A DNA stretch of 64,000 nucleotides from Camelus dromedarius (Eukaryota). The stretch covers positions 9,424,001-9,488,000 of the forward strand of contig NC_087451.1 in NCBI RefSeq assembly GCF_036321535.1. The letters run 5' to 3'. This document shows positions 1 through 13,310 of the stretch, in pieces (the first letter of the stretch is position 1; the number at the start of each line of letters is the position of its first letter). Below the pieces are notes generated by a model. The model saw nothing but the letters and a program-made list of their open reading frames with translations. It made no database searches and was not told the origin of the DNA. The position numbers and the translations under genes were made by a program.

Positions 1-559
1 TGAGACACTGCAGCTAGTCCAGCGCCAGGCCCATGGAGGTGCCCCCAGGACCAACAAGAAGCAGACAGGGCTGCAGACTTGAGCTAAAGGGTTTTCTCTG
101 TCCTGCCCAGCTCCAGAGATCTTGGAAGGGGAGAAGAGTTACAGAAGAGCCCAGAAGGAGATGGTCACTATGAAGAAAGAGAGTTCTGCTCACCGGGCAG
201 GCAGCCCTCACCACCATCATCCCTTCCCTGGACCCTCCTGCAACAGCCTCCCAACTGCCAGTTCTGCTTTCACTCTTGACCCTGTACGGCCCAGATTCTT
301 CCACTCTGGCAGAAACCAGAGCAGTCATTGAAAGCAAATCAGAGTTTGCCTTTCCTTGCTTTAGAAAATTCCAGTGGCTTCCTGGGGCACTTTGAATAAA
401 ATCCAGGTTCCTTGCTGTGGCCAAAATACTCATCATAACTAACCCTCACCTGCCCCTCCATCCTCAGCCCCTTCTGCTTGACCCCATCCATGTAGCTCCA
501 GCCAAACAGCTTCTGTTCTGACTTGAATGCATCAAGCTCATTCAACCTCAGGGTCTTTG

Positions 560-910
560 CACTGGCCATCCCCTCTGCCTGGGCTGTTCTTCCTGCAGCT
601 GGTCACATGACTGGCTCCATCTCATATTCTTTTCTTCACTTGGACATCTCCTTCCGTATCATTCCAGCTACAGTAGCACTTCCACTTTAACTTGTTCTTT
701 AATGTTAAATTTTTTTGCTTAGCACTTGCCACTCCCTGAAATTGTCTTAATTGGGTCTTTGTTTACATGATGATTTCTGTTGACCCTTCCAGAGGCTCAG
801 GGACCACCACTGCTCCTTACTCATCTCTGAATCTCCATGCCTAGAACAGTACCTGACATAGGGTAGTCTCTCAATAAATATTTCTTGAGTGAATGAATGG
901 ATGAATGAAT
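560..910 (+). mobile_element. L2 3' end
   Basis: gcctagaacagtacctgacatagggtagtctctcaataaatatttcttgagtgaatgaatg. Confidence 0.72.
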
Positions 911-1119
911 GCCCTGGACATTTATTTTAATTCGAGTCACACATAACCTCAAGAAGGCAGGGAGATGCCTTCCAGTCCTGAGCAGCAGAAGCAAGCAGAT
1001 CTAGAAGAGCCTTGCCTCTGTCTTGGATATGGTGGCACGATTCATTGATCCCAAGCATCTGTCCCTTAAGGCAAATGCTTAAAAGATTCAGCCAGAGCCA
1101 GGTAAACCAGAGCCCACAT

Positions 1120-1250
1120 CCTGCCTGTGACACTCACTGATCACGGGCCTTTGGACAGGTCATCTACCCTCCCTGGGCCTGTTTGCTCCTTCGTAAAATG
1201 AGGGTGATAAGATCTAACCCACAGACTGTTGTATTGTATAAAATGAATAA
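1120..1250 (+). mobile_element. MIR core
   Basis: ctgggcctgtttgctccttcgtaaaatgagggtgataa. Confidence 0.6.
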
Positions 1251-2272
1251 ATCACGGAATCTGATACAAGAGTAAAGGTACAAAAACTGATGATGAAGCA
1301 GAGAAACATGGGTTTGTTACAGTATTAGGACAGGTGCTTCCCCAGACTGGAGTGGTCTGGGGAACGTCTCTACCCACCAGTTACATTTTTAAGTGGCGGC
1401 TGAAGGAGGAAAAAGCAAAGGATGAGTGGAATACCGTGTAGAAGCGATCCTAACTTTACACTTCCCCCTGACTGTCTGGGAAAATATTGCTCCGTTTGTT
1501 TCCTTTAAATCCCTGCCAGGGAAAACTGATAGATGATGCCTGAACTGACTCCCTAGTTCAAAAGCCCAAACATTTTTTCTAGATATAGCTGTTAATGCAT
1601 CTTAATGGCCTGAGTCATCGTTTTGACACAAAAGACAGCAAATTCTAACACCTACAGGAGATGTTGCCCATGTCTGGAATTCTGAACCTTTCTGACAAAT
1701 ACCTTGGTGTTTTCCTTTGGTTTTTCTATGTATAAAGGATACAATAGATATAAAATGTTTCACATGACTAATTTTTTAATATGTGTACATTTCAGTATCC
1801 CTTTGTCATTTAACGTTACAGTGTGTTCTTTTTTCCTTGTAATAAACAACTGTATGTAAATATCTTAACTCAGTGGGTATGCAGTATTCATTTCTATGAC
1901 TGGCTCATAATTTTCCTAGCCCTTTCCCTGGCGAAGAAACAGCAGTTCAACAACAGTTCAACACTTAGGCTTTTCTTTCCAATTTCTCACTATTATTAAT
2001 AACATTGTAATACGTAAATCTTGCCTGAATTTTATGTAGTTTCCAGAAGAGTGTGTCAGAAGTGAATTTCTGGCTCAAAAACAATGGACATTTTTATGGA
2101 TTTTTATAGTATCGGTAAATTGATTTCAAGAATATAACACAATTATGTATTATAACCAGATAATCTCATTTTTATTTACATATGTGATTGCTAGTTAGGC
2201 TGAATTTTTTTCATGTTTGTTAGCTACAATGCTAGATTGTTAAATAAAAAATATTAGTAAGGCCTAGAGGAA

Positions 2273-2300
<28 letters not shown>
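2273..2300. repeat. (AT)14 microsatellite
   Basis: Direct read. Confidence 0.95.
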
Positions 2301-2304
<4 letters not shown>

Positions 2305-2889
2305 AAATCTAAAAGTATAAAAATAATTAAATTCCCAAAGTATAGGCTTAGACTCTGATAAAAATTAAAATAGCTAATATTATCATGTATTTAATATGCA
2401 TCAGAAACTTGGTTGATTGGTTACATTAAACCTTATTTTATCCTCACAACAAGTAGATAGCAGAGTTAAGACATTTTCAACTGTAAAGTATTATATATAG
2501 TATTATGTATAAAGTACGAAGCAACTGAGTCATTTAACTGACAAGACCTGGGATATGTTTGGCTTTAGATACAGCTTGAGTCGAGGTCCCAGGTGATATT
2601 GCTTTCTATTTCTTGACTCTGAAGTCCTCTATGTTTGCTTCACCCTCAGCAGTGAATGCTTCCCCAAGAGCCTGGACCAGAGTCCCCTCACATCCCCCTG
2701 AGCCCACTCTCACCGGATCTCATGTCTGTGGCTGTGGTGATGCAGTACTTTTATTGGCTAGATCTTCGTCTTATACAATGGCACCCAAAACACATGAACT
2801 GAGACTAGGGTAAAGGGAAGAACCCTGAAGGAAATTTGGGACCATTTGATCAATGGATGCTGAGCAGCAGAAGTAACTCTATTATAGGG

Positions 2890-3005
2890 AGGTGTTCCTA
2901 CCAACCACATTTCACAGAGAAGAAACTGAAGCTCGGAGAGCTTATTTGACTGATCCAAGATCACACAGCTAATACGCTGCAGAGAGTGATCTACATGCAG
3001 TCTCC
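2890..3005 (-). mobile_element. MIR
   Basis: catttcacagagaagaaactgaagctcggagag...ccaagatcacacagct. Confidence 0.7.
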
Positions 3006-3219
3006 CATCTGTCTGACCCAGTAGAAGAGACTGATGGGGCGCCCAAATCTCTGATCCAAAGGTAGCTTCGCTCTAGTCCCATTGGGGCTGGCAGTTTGCC
3101 TGGGTTCTTCCCTCAGCTCTGGGTCTCCACAAAATTGTGTTCATTCAGGGCAAATGTGGCTGTTCATTCAGCCTAGGGAAGAGGCTTCCTCTCATTCTGG
3201 CCTCTGGTTTAATGGATTC

Positions 3220-3450
3220 ATGGTTAAGAACATGGGATGTAGAGGGCAGGCAGCCTTGGGTTCATATCTCATCTCTGAACAATGTACCTTGAGGATATCA
3301 CTCAAGCTGGGTAGGCTTCAGTTTCCTCATCTGCAGACGGAGCAAATAGCAGTCCCTCCTTCATTAGGTTGTTACCAGAATTCAGTGAGGTAATGCATGA
3401 AACCTGCTGGGATCCACGTCTCCTCCTCATTGGTACTCAGTGATGATCAG
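3220..3450 (+). mobile_element. MIR
   Basis: tggttaagaacatggg...ttcagtttcctcatctgcag...gttgtt...gaggtaatgcatg. Confidence 0.72.
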
Positions 3451-3779
3451 CCATTTGGGGCCGTGAAAGGGCATTGACCCCACCTGCGCACGGGCCATAA
3501 CCTCCATTCCTACCCATCCTCAGGCTTGGTTGCTTACAATTTCCAAGCTACTATCAAAAGTTGAAGGTAGTATGTGACAGTGAGATAGCTAATGTAGGAC
3601 AGATCATTCTTTCATAGCAGAGGACTTAACCTCTGCTTCAAATTAGGATTTCTGCTGATCATTAAGGAGGTGAATGTTATGAATGAGAATTTATTCTTAT
3701 TTCTTAACTCACAGAAATTTTATTCCCTTTATTCTTAATAGCTTATCTCTCCCCAGAATTCCTTCTTATTCTTCATATT

Positions 3780-4072
3780 TTAAACACCTTTATTATGGTA
3801 TGATTCCTGTAAACTACACATATTTCAGATGTACAATTTGATGAGTTTTGATAGATGTGTACATCAATGAAACCACCACCACAACCAAATAGTTAACACT
3901 TCCATCACTCCCAATTTATCCCTTCCCACCCCCTTTACCCCTGGGTAACCATAAGTTTATTATCAATGTCTGGGAGTCTATTTCTGTTTTGTAGATAAGT
4001 TCATCTGTGTCCTTTCTTTTAGATTCCACATATAAGTGATATCATAGGGTATTTTTCTTTCTCTTTCTCTTT
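3780..4072 (-). mobile_element. L1 3' UTR fragments (old L1MB-like joined to young artiodactyl-type L1)
   Basis: gtacaatttgatgagttttga...accaccaccaca (old type) followed by ggtaaccataag...gataagttcat...gattccacatataagtgatatcat (young type). Confidence 0.75.
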
Positions 4073-4418
4073 NNNNNNNNNNNNNNNNNNNNNNNNNNNN
4101 NNNNNNNNNNNNNNNNNNNNNNNNNNNNNNNNNNNNNNNNNNNNNNNNNNNNNNNNNNNNNNNNNNNNNNNNNNNNNNNNNNNNNNNNNNNNNNNNNNNN
4201 NNNNNNNNNTATCTGTCTCATCATGTATTTTGACTCATCATAGACTATATTTACATGCCTCACGTGATGCAGTATTTCTGCTGAGAGAGCCCCAGCTTCC
4301 CTCTATTTTCCTTGAATTGTGCACAGCAAGTTCACTTTCAAGGTTTATTTGAGGGAAAGGATGTGTCTCAAGAAAAAGCACATGCTACACCTGGCAGTAA
4401 TATTTATAGGTTACCTCT

Positions 4419-4875
4419 TGTGCTAGTCAGGCTTCTACAGAGAAATATGACCAACAAGTATAGTATATGGATATACAGACAGAGATATCCTGGAAGGGAC
4501 TGGCTCACAGGATCATGGAGGGTGAGAGGTCCCACACTCTGCTGTCTGTAAGTTGGGGGCCCAGGCAAGTTGGTGGTGTGGTTCATTCTAATCCAAACCC
4601 AAAGGTCTAAGAACTCTGGGAGCCATCGTCCTAGGGCAGGAGAAGATATATGTTCCAGCTAAAGCAGAGAGATTTGCCCTTCCTTCTCCTTTTTGTCTAT
4701 TAGGGCCCTCAGCAAATTGCATGGTGCCCTTCCACAGTGGACAGAGGCATCTTCTTGACTTGTTCTACCGATTGAAATGCTAATTGTTTCCAGTGACATA
4801 CTCAGAAATAATGCTTTCCCAACATCTGGGCCTCCCTTAGCCCAGTCAAGGTGACACATAAAATTAACCATCACA
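4419..4875 (-). mobile_element. MLT2-type ERVL solo LTR
   Basis: Ends ...gcccagtcaaggtgacacataaaattaaccatcaca (reverse complement of the MLT2 start) and begins tgtgctagtcaggcttctacagagaaa. Confidence 0.82.
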
Positions 4876-6720
4876 CCTAAACCCCTAAAATCCCAGATAC
4901 AGAAATGATATAGAATATAGGAGCCATTCAGGGAATAACCACCAACTGGTGGCTGTTTGGTGTGTTCAGTTTTTGCTTAAAGATTTATGAATAACTGTCA
5001 ATTCTCTTCTTGAAATTCTCCAGGAACAAATCCAAAATTCAGGAATCTTATTCCTAAGAATCAGAAAGTCAGATTCTGGCAAGATGGCTCCCAAGGAACC
5101 TTTCCTTCCCCACTGCTCCATCCCCCTCTTTATTCCCCACCCCACCCCCCGCTGTCATCCCCTTGGATCTAAGTTTTCCAAAATCCCCAAATTAGGTATT
5201 AAGTCCATGTTTATTCCATCATGATGTTCTCCTCTAGTCTGGGAGATAAAAATAACAGAAAGAAACGCCTGTAGTCTCATTTTCTCCTCCACCATCCCTA
5301 AAGTAAACTTCAGAATGTTGCTGATCTCATGCCTCCTCTTTCTTCATCTGGCCCCGTCCAAACAGGAGCGCTTTGAGGGTGGACCCCACATATGGCTCCA
5401 GCTTAGAAAAATCACGGTTGCTTTTGGAATATGCAGGCCAACTCTGAATCTGTTTCTGGCACATCACTGGTTTTTTTTTTCCAAAATTGGTTCTATTTCA
5501 AAAACTAGAGAATGGGTTATTATTGACAACAGTAATTCTGAACACTGATGACCAATAAATAGGCAGCTTGAAGGATGCCTTATGACAAAACACAAGTAAT
5601 GATAAACAATTTAGAAAAGTCCAGGTCTCCTAATTAAAGAGATGCCTTGGAACAGTCTTCTTTTGTCTCAAATGCCTTGAAATGAGAAAATTTGCAAAAC
5701 TACGACCTTTATTCTGAAAGACGTTCAGCATGACGCTTAAAGGTAAAAGATGCATTTAGAAAGCCTTGTTTTAAAGCTTTGAAGTGAGCAGAGTCTGACT
5801 GTTAAAAGAAAAGCTGTGGGACTTTCGTTAGAGACAATTTAATGTGGCCCATTGTTTTTCTCCTTCCGGTATGGTAAGTTCCATTGGACTCTCAGTGGCA
5901 GCCCCCTGCGTGTCATACACGGTGCTCATGAGAGGATCCCCAGTAAGAAAAGCTTGGTTTTTGCCCTCAATTACCTTGAAAATCTTCTGCTGGAAAAAGA
6001 GGCACTACCAATTCAAATGTACTCAATTTAAAGAGCTAGTCATTGTATAACATCATTTTTTCTATCTATTGTCCTAAATTTCTACTTTCCAAACATAGGA
6101 TGTTGAATCCTGCAGAGAGAGAAAATAAATGTGCGTGCTGAGCAATGTTCTTTTTCTTATGACATTTAAAAGCAATTTTCTTTAAATGAAATTTAAATAG
6201 AAATTGCTAATATTGAAATTAGTAATATTATCAGATATTCTGTGTTTTTACCCAAGAAGGATAAGACTTCGGGCTTCCTAGGGTTTCTCCAAATAGTCTT
6301 TTGTTTTTATTGCTTGAAAATTGACAATGCAAAGACAGCTATTGACTTGGCATCCAGGGATAGAAAAACACACCTGGTCTGAACGCCTGTGTTAGTCTCT
6401 TCAATCTGCCCCCCGCCCCAAGACCTTTTCTTTGTTACTTCCCTGAGGAAATTCACCTTTGGAACTTAGCTCAGTCTAACACAGAGAGCTAGATAACATT
6501 CTCTGCTGGGAAGAAAGTGGCAGCTATTTAGTTTGGGTTGGGAGCCGTGGTGATGGTTGTTTTGTAAGGTTTACATAATTTTTTTTTAAAAACGTCCTTA
6601 TGACCTTGTGTGAAAAGCCATAGGTTTAGAGTGAGTCTATTTGTAAGTTTTGTAAATTTAGGCAACTCCCTTCTAAGTTCTCTGCCTCATTGTCCACATC
6701 TGTAAATTTGAGCATGAAAC

Positions 6721-6896
6721 CAGTGGTCCCTGAGGTTTGCTGCACTTGAGAATCACCAGAAGAGCTTTTAAAAATCCTGATGCCCAGGTTGCAAGCCAGA
6801 CCAATTAAATCAGAATGGCTCAGGGTGGGAGCCACATATGTGTTGTTTAAAGATCCCCAGGTGATTCCAGTGTGCACGAAGGTTAAAAAGCTACTG
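6721..6896. mobile_element. MER5A-like hAT-Charlie MITE
   Basis: cagtgg...gaatcacc...ttttaaaaatcctgatgcccagg...ccccaggtgattcc...ctactg. Partial 8-bp TSD catgaaac / cagaaaac. Confidence 0.75.
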
Positions 6897-7019
6897 CAGA
6901 AAACTGTGATGTATCCAGTGTCTTTCTCCAGCTCTCGTATTCTAAACTCCATGGCTCTCTGAGCTTCCATTTGTTCATCTCTCTTATGAGGCTCAAGCTA
7001 TTAACAAATTTTCTACAGC

Positions 7020-8400
7020 TTCCATGCAATGACAATCAGAATCCCAATGGGCTTTCTTGTGGAATTTGACAAACTGATTCTAAAATTTTTGTGGAAAAGC
7101 AAAAGATTGAGAATAGTCAAAGCAATCTTGAAAGAAAAAAGAACAAATGTGAAGGCCTCAGGATTATCAATTATCAAGCTATAGTAATCCAAATACATGG
7201 TATTAGTGGAAGGATAGACAGACAGATCGAAGGAGCAGAGGAGGCGGTCCAACACTTTACCCTCACTTAAAAAATCAAGTGATTTTCAACAAAGGTGCCA
7301 AAACCATTCCATCAGAAAAAGAAAATCTTTTCAATGAATAACACTGCAACAACCAGATAGTAATTTGGGGGAAAATAAAAGAATCTCAATCCTTGCCTCT
7401 TGAATCACAGACATAAATGTACAAGCTAAAACTACAAAGCCTCTAAAAGAAAACAGAAGATAAAATATTTGTAAATTCCTAAGTAGGACAACCGGAATGC
7501 AAACCATTAAAAAAAGATAAATTAAAAATTCAGAAGACACCACGAAAAAATGTTAATAAGCAAGCCACAGACTGGGAAAAAATTCACATTACGTAGGACT
7601 TGTATTCAGTATATATAACGAGCTCCTAAAACTTGAGAGAAAAATAACCAGGGAGCATGTAACAAAGTGCTCAAACTCGTTAGACATCAAGGAAATGCAA
7701 ATAAAACTCACAATGAAACTGAAATGAAGACTCCTCACACACATTAGAGGGGCTAAAATGAAAGACTGACAACGCCAAATGTTGGCAGGGATGGGGAGCC
7801 ACTGGGACTCACGTGTGTTGCCTGTGAGAGAATAAAGTAGTATACTTACACTGGAAAACTTTGGGCAATTGCTTATCAAGTTAAACATATATCTACCCTA
7901 CCAATAATTCCATTCCTAACTCTTTTCTTAAGAAAACTAAGAACACTTGGCCATAACAAAACTTGTGCACAAATGTTCACAGGAGCCTTATTCACAATGG
8001 CCCCAAAATGGAAATAATGCAGATGTCCATCAACAGAAGTTTAGAGAAACAAATTGTAGTATATCTGTACTCAAGAATACAAAGGACTTAACTACTACTA
8101 TAAACCACAGCATGGATGAATCTCAAAAACATGCTGAATGAATGAAAAAAGTCAGACACAGAAGAGTACATACAGTGTGACTGAACTGATAGAATGACAA
8201 AATCGCAGCCATGCTTGTCTCTGGGTGTGAGAGGGGAGGGTGGGCAATAGGCTAGAACTCTCTGGGATGCTGGAAGTGTTCTATCTTGAGCGCAGTGCAA
8301 GTTCCATGGTTGCATATGTTTGTCAAAACACTTGCTAACACTATGTATTTAAGACTGAATACTTAAGATCTGTATGTAAATTATACCTCAAGAATTAACA
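7020..8400 (+). mobile_element. Old L1 (L1MC/ME-type) ORF2 3' part and 3' UTR
   Basis: caatcagaatcccaatggg...tgacaaactgattctaaaattt...agcaatcttgaaa...ttatcaagctatagtaatc...aaattatacctcaa. Confidence 0.85.
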
Positions 8401-10284
8401 GTAAACAAACACTTTTCGTAAACTACAAAGTGTTACACAAGCACTAGAAAGTGTTTTAGTTTTTAAAGTCTTCCAAGAAAAAGATGAGTTTGTGATGGTT
8501 AGAGTGTTGAACTAAACATGGTAAACAATCACATGACACTGAGCATCCCATTTGCATTTGGATACTTGATGGGATTGGCTCGAATGTGATGAGTTTGTTT
8601 CATAACTTAGAAAATGGATACAGTGCCTTCTAACCACTCTAGCTAGGAATTTTTTTTAAAAGCCTGGTACTAAGAGCAATCTGTACATAAATATTTAGAA
8701 CCTTGAGCCTTGACAAAGTGTTGGCACATCCACTTTATGTATTGCAATTGCTGGTAATTTCAATGAGGTGCCTTGGATTGAAGTGGAAAAAAAAAGAAGT
8801 TTATTACGGGACACTAGAAATCATGTTCTGTAAACCAAATTCTATTCATAACTGCACAAGACAAAAAGTATGTGCATGAAGAGAAAAAGATGAAAACTGA
8901 TTTAGATATATTATTTTCCAACAAAACCTCAATTAAGAAATTCTCCAGGAACAACGTCCCCTTCTTTCCTTTTTTAACACACCCACAGCCACCTGCATAC
9001 CTTCCATAAAGTACCAGGAGCAGCATCAGTTCGTATGACAGGACCCACGAGCAGTATTCCCCCTGAACTGTAAGGACACACAGCCAGGAGAAGAGCCCTC
9101 TTCACACTCCTTTCTAACTAGACCAGCTTCAGGAGTGAAGGGTTGTTCCAGACAAAGTTGTAGAGCTGACGGGGTTGGCTCCAACACTGGCCTGCGGTGG
9201 GAGCTTTGGATATAGCTTGGGGATGTCACCTGGGCTAGGTGTTAATCCTAGAGTGCTCCCCATCCCCAAATCATTCTGTCCACAAGCCCCCACCTACAGT
9301 CAAGTCCACTGATTAGATGGTCTCACGCACAACACAGGGGGAGCCTCTCCTTCAAAGCACTTCACTCGGCCTAAGGGTGCATCTCTCGATAGAGGGCAAG
9401 CTCGTTGAGGGCTTTGCTCACCATTAAGCCCAATGCCTAAGACATAGCAGGAGCTGCATGTGTTTTGTAGACTCTGCAGCTCAACGAATGGATGCTGACC
9501 CCGCGGACGGTTCATTTTGGCCAATAAATGAAAGACATGTTCCAAGTGTTAGCAGAGCACCTAACACTTAAGTTGAACTTGAGTTCCTTTTTTCCTTTCT
9601 CTTTACACAGATGTTTCCTCCTTCAAGGAACTGCTTCCTCTTACTAGATGACTAGATCTTACTGGTTTTACCCATCACCACCCAATCTCTTTCAAAAAAA
9701 AAAAGAAAGAAACAATATGATATTATTTACAGCTGTCAAAAGACCGATAACACTTCGACGGTGTGACCATGTTATGGTTTATATGTTTCCTTACCCAGCA
9801 ATGGACATTTTAGATGCTTGTGATTGGATAACAAAATATCCTATACCCTGATATTTGATAAGAGTTTCAGAGCTATCTGGAAATTGTGTGCGTGTGTGTG
9901 TGGGATGGGCTCAAATGCACATGCACATGTTTGTGTATGAGAAAGACTGATTTGTAAAATTCCAGCAATGGACTTAAATGTTATAAATTCCATTCCTAGA
10001 AAACTAAAAGATATTATAAAATTTTCATGTATAACCCCACCTTTTAAAGTTGTCTGAAAAGGCACATTGTTAAAAATACTCATAAGACCTTTCCATCTTC
10101 CCTCTTATTCTTCACAAATAAACACAGTCAATCTTAAGTCTAGAGAATTTCCAATCAGGCTAATGATTTCCAATTTGTGTTGATTGAATTTTGCTTAATC
10201 TGATAGAATAGGCCGGGCCAGGATAGCACACCTTAGAATAGAGTGGGATGGAAGTCATTAGGGTCCAAAGCAGGGTGCTTTGTG

Positions 10285-10410
10285 AATATTAGTAACATTT
10301 GATGAAATTTTTGTTTCAGTTTTATACTTGCAATGTGTATGTTTCCTGGGTCTCAGTGTGAAAAAGCATTTCTTAACGTAAGTCATGGTCAAAGAAATTT
10401 GAAGGCCACC
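10285..10410. mobile_element. hAT-Charlie-type MITE fragment
   Basis: tgatgaaatttttgtttcagtt...tgtgtatgtttcctgggtctcagtgtgaaaaagcatttctta...ggtcaaagaaatttgaaggccacc. Confidence 0.55.
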
Positions 10411-11829
10411 GCTCTATAAGACGGCATGAAATGCGCAGGCAGCAACGCAAGTCAGAAAGTCCAAATCTGGTGGAAAGAACAGGAGTGTAGGCTCATCAGC
10501 GTATGGAAATGCGAGAGGGATTCCCAGGCATCCTAAAGAGAGACCGCTGAATTCACTGGAACAGGCTTGGTCAGAGGAAGGAAGAGGGGCAGGTGAATCC
10601 CCGTCCACTTCCCAGAAGCGGAACAATGACCACAATTGTCAGAAACACATCAGAAAGAACCCGAGTTACCTGGAGTGAGCTACGTGAACTATGAAGCACA
10701 AGTCAGGATTCTGTTTATTCTGGGACTAGATAAATATTGTGCTATTTTTTGATAGAAAGGGATCTTTGACTTCTTCAGTAAATTGTCTCATGGAGACACC
10801 TACAGCTACGATGTCCTTATGGTCTGTTCCCGTCTCACAAATTTTTAATTGAGCCGGGCCAGTGTCATTTAGGGTGACAGCAGGGGTGTGGTGGGGACTG
10901 TGTGTGGTCTTCCTCTTGCAGACAAATTCCTATTCGTTAAAGAGCATGAGGCAGAGACTGGACAGGCTGCTAATGGCTTATTCCCTCCAGCTGCTAGGCT
11001 AGCGGTAGCATCCCACACTGACTGCAACCCTAAGCGTCCTTAGGTCAGTCTGCACCAAAACATCCTCACTTCAGAACTCACTTCTACCCCCTTTCTTATT
11101 TCCCTGCCTTTTCTATACATGCACACACACACATGCATGCACACACTCACACACTCACTCCAGATGCACACATCTCTCCATCTTTATTCCACTTCTGGTT
11201 AAGGACTGCCTCAAAACAAAATAAGGAGTTGAAATTCACTCTTGGTTAAAAGAGGTCTCAGAGTTGAGCAGTATAAGGCTGGTGGGTTCTCCTTCTGAAT
11301 CTTGGTCATTAAGACTCAGCCTCCTTCTCCCCACCAGGACTCAATCCTGCCTCTGCACCCAGCTTTGTGACTTTGTGTCTAACTGCTACAAACACAGATT
11401 TCCCTCTTCAGCTCTCCAAACTGTTCTTCCTAAATATCCCCTCTACTGTGGTCGGCAAGCCATTCGGAGCCCTCATCACTTCCTCCTCGGTGTCCGCCCA
11501 GTCTCTAAATCCCAGTTTACCCAGAACACCCTCATCCACACCTTTTGTCCCAGAGTAACGCTCAGTAACACCCCCTTTCATTTGCAAAAGCATTCTAGCG
11601 TGCACAGTCACCTGTCCAACACCCCACTCAGCTTGCTAGGTTAGCTCTCTTCCTGTGCCTGCAGTGAGCCCCTGCCTGAGGCCTATAGTTCCAGGTTGGC
11701 CTAGACTCCACATCTCCTGCCTCCCAGCATCTTCTTGAATTTCCAAAATGGAAAGCTCCCCTGTCAATGTGAACCTTCGAGAAAATTGTAATGTTATCTT
11801 GCAGTCTTTGTGACCTTGTTTGAATGTTA

Positions 11830-12370
11830 TCTTACGTTAGGTATATTTTGCTGTTTAACATTTCTACCCCAAACATAGTGACTTAAAACAATGATAATCA
11901 TGGATTATCTCTTAGAATTTCTGTGGTTCAGGAATTCAGATGAGACACGTTGGGGCCATCTTGTTGGTGCATCGGCTGGAAGTTTCCAACAGTTGCGGCT
12001 TACGATGACCACTTATACACTGATGCCGGCTGTCGGTTGAAGCCTGGTTTTGTGTTTGATTCTCAGGACACTCACTCGTAGCCTCTCCATGGGACCAGGG
12101 CTTCCTCACCACTTGGTGGCAGGGTTCCAAGGATAAGCCCTTGAGGCAGGTGAACACTGGTCCTCCTGATGACCAAGGCTCACTTAATGTCATCATGTGG
12201 CCCCCCTCCACCATACTCCTCTGATCACAGAAGACATTAGGCACTGCCAAGATTCAAGGGCAAAGGACATTAGACCCTAGCCCTCTTCTGCTGGAGAAGT
12301 GTAGTCACATTGTAAGAGGGTCGTGTGGGATGGGGTACAGCCATCCAGCTTTGGAAGATAACCAGCCATT
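11830..12370 (-). mobile_element. MLT1(F-like) MaLR solo LTR
   Basis: ccccaaacatagtgacttaaaacaa...aggaattcag...gcctctccatgg...cagggttccaag...gtcacattgtaagagg...tttggaagata. Confidence 0.75.
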
Positions 12371-12497
12371 TCTTCCCCACCCAGCAACCATCAGCAAGAT
12401 GCCATTAACCTTGTTAACTCCTTCCATCAAACTTTTCCAAGGGTAAGTCCCTTGATACTATGACATGGGGTGATCATTTTCTAATCAGAAATGGTAC

Positions 12498-12769
12498 CAG
12501 GTGGGAAGGGACAGACTGGGAGTTCGAAACTTGCAGATACTGACAGGTATATATAGAATAGATAAACAAGAATATACTGCATAGCACAGGGAAATGTATA
12601 CAAGATCTTGTGGTAGCTCATGGTGAAAAAGTATGAGACAATGAATATATGTATGTTCATGTATAACTGAAAAATTGTGTTCTACACTGGAAATTGACAC
12701 AACATTGTAAACTGACTGTAACTCAATAAAGTAAAATAAAAAAAAAAAGAAAAAAGTTTAAAAAAAAAA
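12498..12769 (+). mobile_element. 5'-truncated young (camelid-type) L1 3' end
   Basis: tagataaacaag...gcatagcacagggaaat...gaaattgacacaacattgtaaactgact...caataaa plus A tail. Reverse complement of the 3' end of the 52304-53425 element. Confidence 0.85.
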
Positions 12770-12776
12770 TGCTGCC

Positions 12777-12869
12777 GCACACCAGAAATTGACACAATGT
12801 TGTAAACTGACTATACCTCAATTAAAAAAAAAAAAAGTAGAGGCAATTTTAAAAAGAAGAAAGAAAGAA
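12777..12869 (+). mobile_element. Second ultra-short L1 3' end in tandem
   Basis: caccagaaattgacacaatgttgtaaactgactatacctcaatt followed by an A13 run and an A-rich tail. Confidence 0.8.
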
Positions 12870-12914
12870 AGAAATGCTACTGTAATCCCTTGTGGTTGTG
12901 AGGCCCGTTACAGT

Positions 12915-13075
12915 TTCAGCCTTTTCATTTGATCCTCACAACCCTGTGAGGAAGACAAAGCGGGCTTCACGCTCCCATATTCCAAGCAAGAAGGGCAGCA
13001 CAGCCAGGTTCATAACTTACCCGAAGTCACAGAGCCGAGACTCAGCACAGTCAGTCAGACGTGGAGTCAGATTTC
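12915..13075 (-). mobile_element. MIR
   Basis: tttgatcctcacaaccctgtgagg...taacttacccgaagtcacagag. Confidence 0.65.
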
Positions 13076-13119
13076 TTTCTACCACTGACTCACCTCCACC
13101 AGCGGGAAAGCAGCACGGC

Positions 13120-13310
13120 ACCAGGGTGTCAAATTCAAGCCCGAACTGGAGTCCTGGTTCCCCATCTTGGTGGCTTTGGACAAAGAGCTTAACCTCCCTG
13201 AGTTTCCATTTCTCACTCCAGAATGAAAGCAATAAAACCTACCTCGTGTTTCATTCCTGTCATGGAACTAAATGATGTTCGTAGAGTACCTAGGGCAGTG
13301 CCCGACGTAC
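13120..13310 (+). mobile_element. MIR
   Basis: tttggacaaagagcttaacctccctgagtttccatttctcact...cctacctc...gtacctagggcagtgcc. Confidence 0.65.

Noticed and set aside
14-436. 140-aa minus-strand ORF and other long ORFs in the track (e.g. 16419-16823, 21331-21795, 32764-33219)
   Set aside because: No recognisable domain or splice context; lengths are compatible with chance in GC-richer intronic DNA.
5862-5879. ETS-like CTTCCGG plus ATG|GTAAGT donor
   Set aside because: A phase-0 ATG is incompatible with the phase-2 exon at 44186 (early stop), and I saw no acceptor or promoter context. It could still be a non-coding exon.
9601-9660. Acceptor ctttacacAG identical to that of the 44186 exon
   Set aside because: Stops follow quickly in the relevant frame and there is no convincing donor; likely coincidence.
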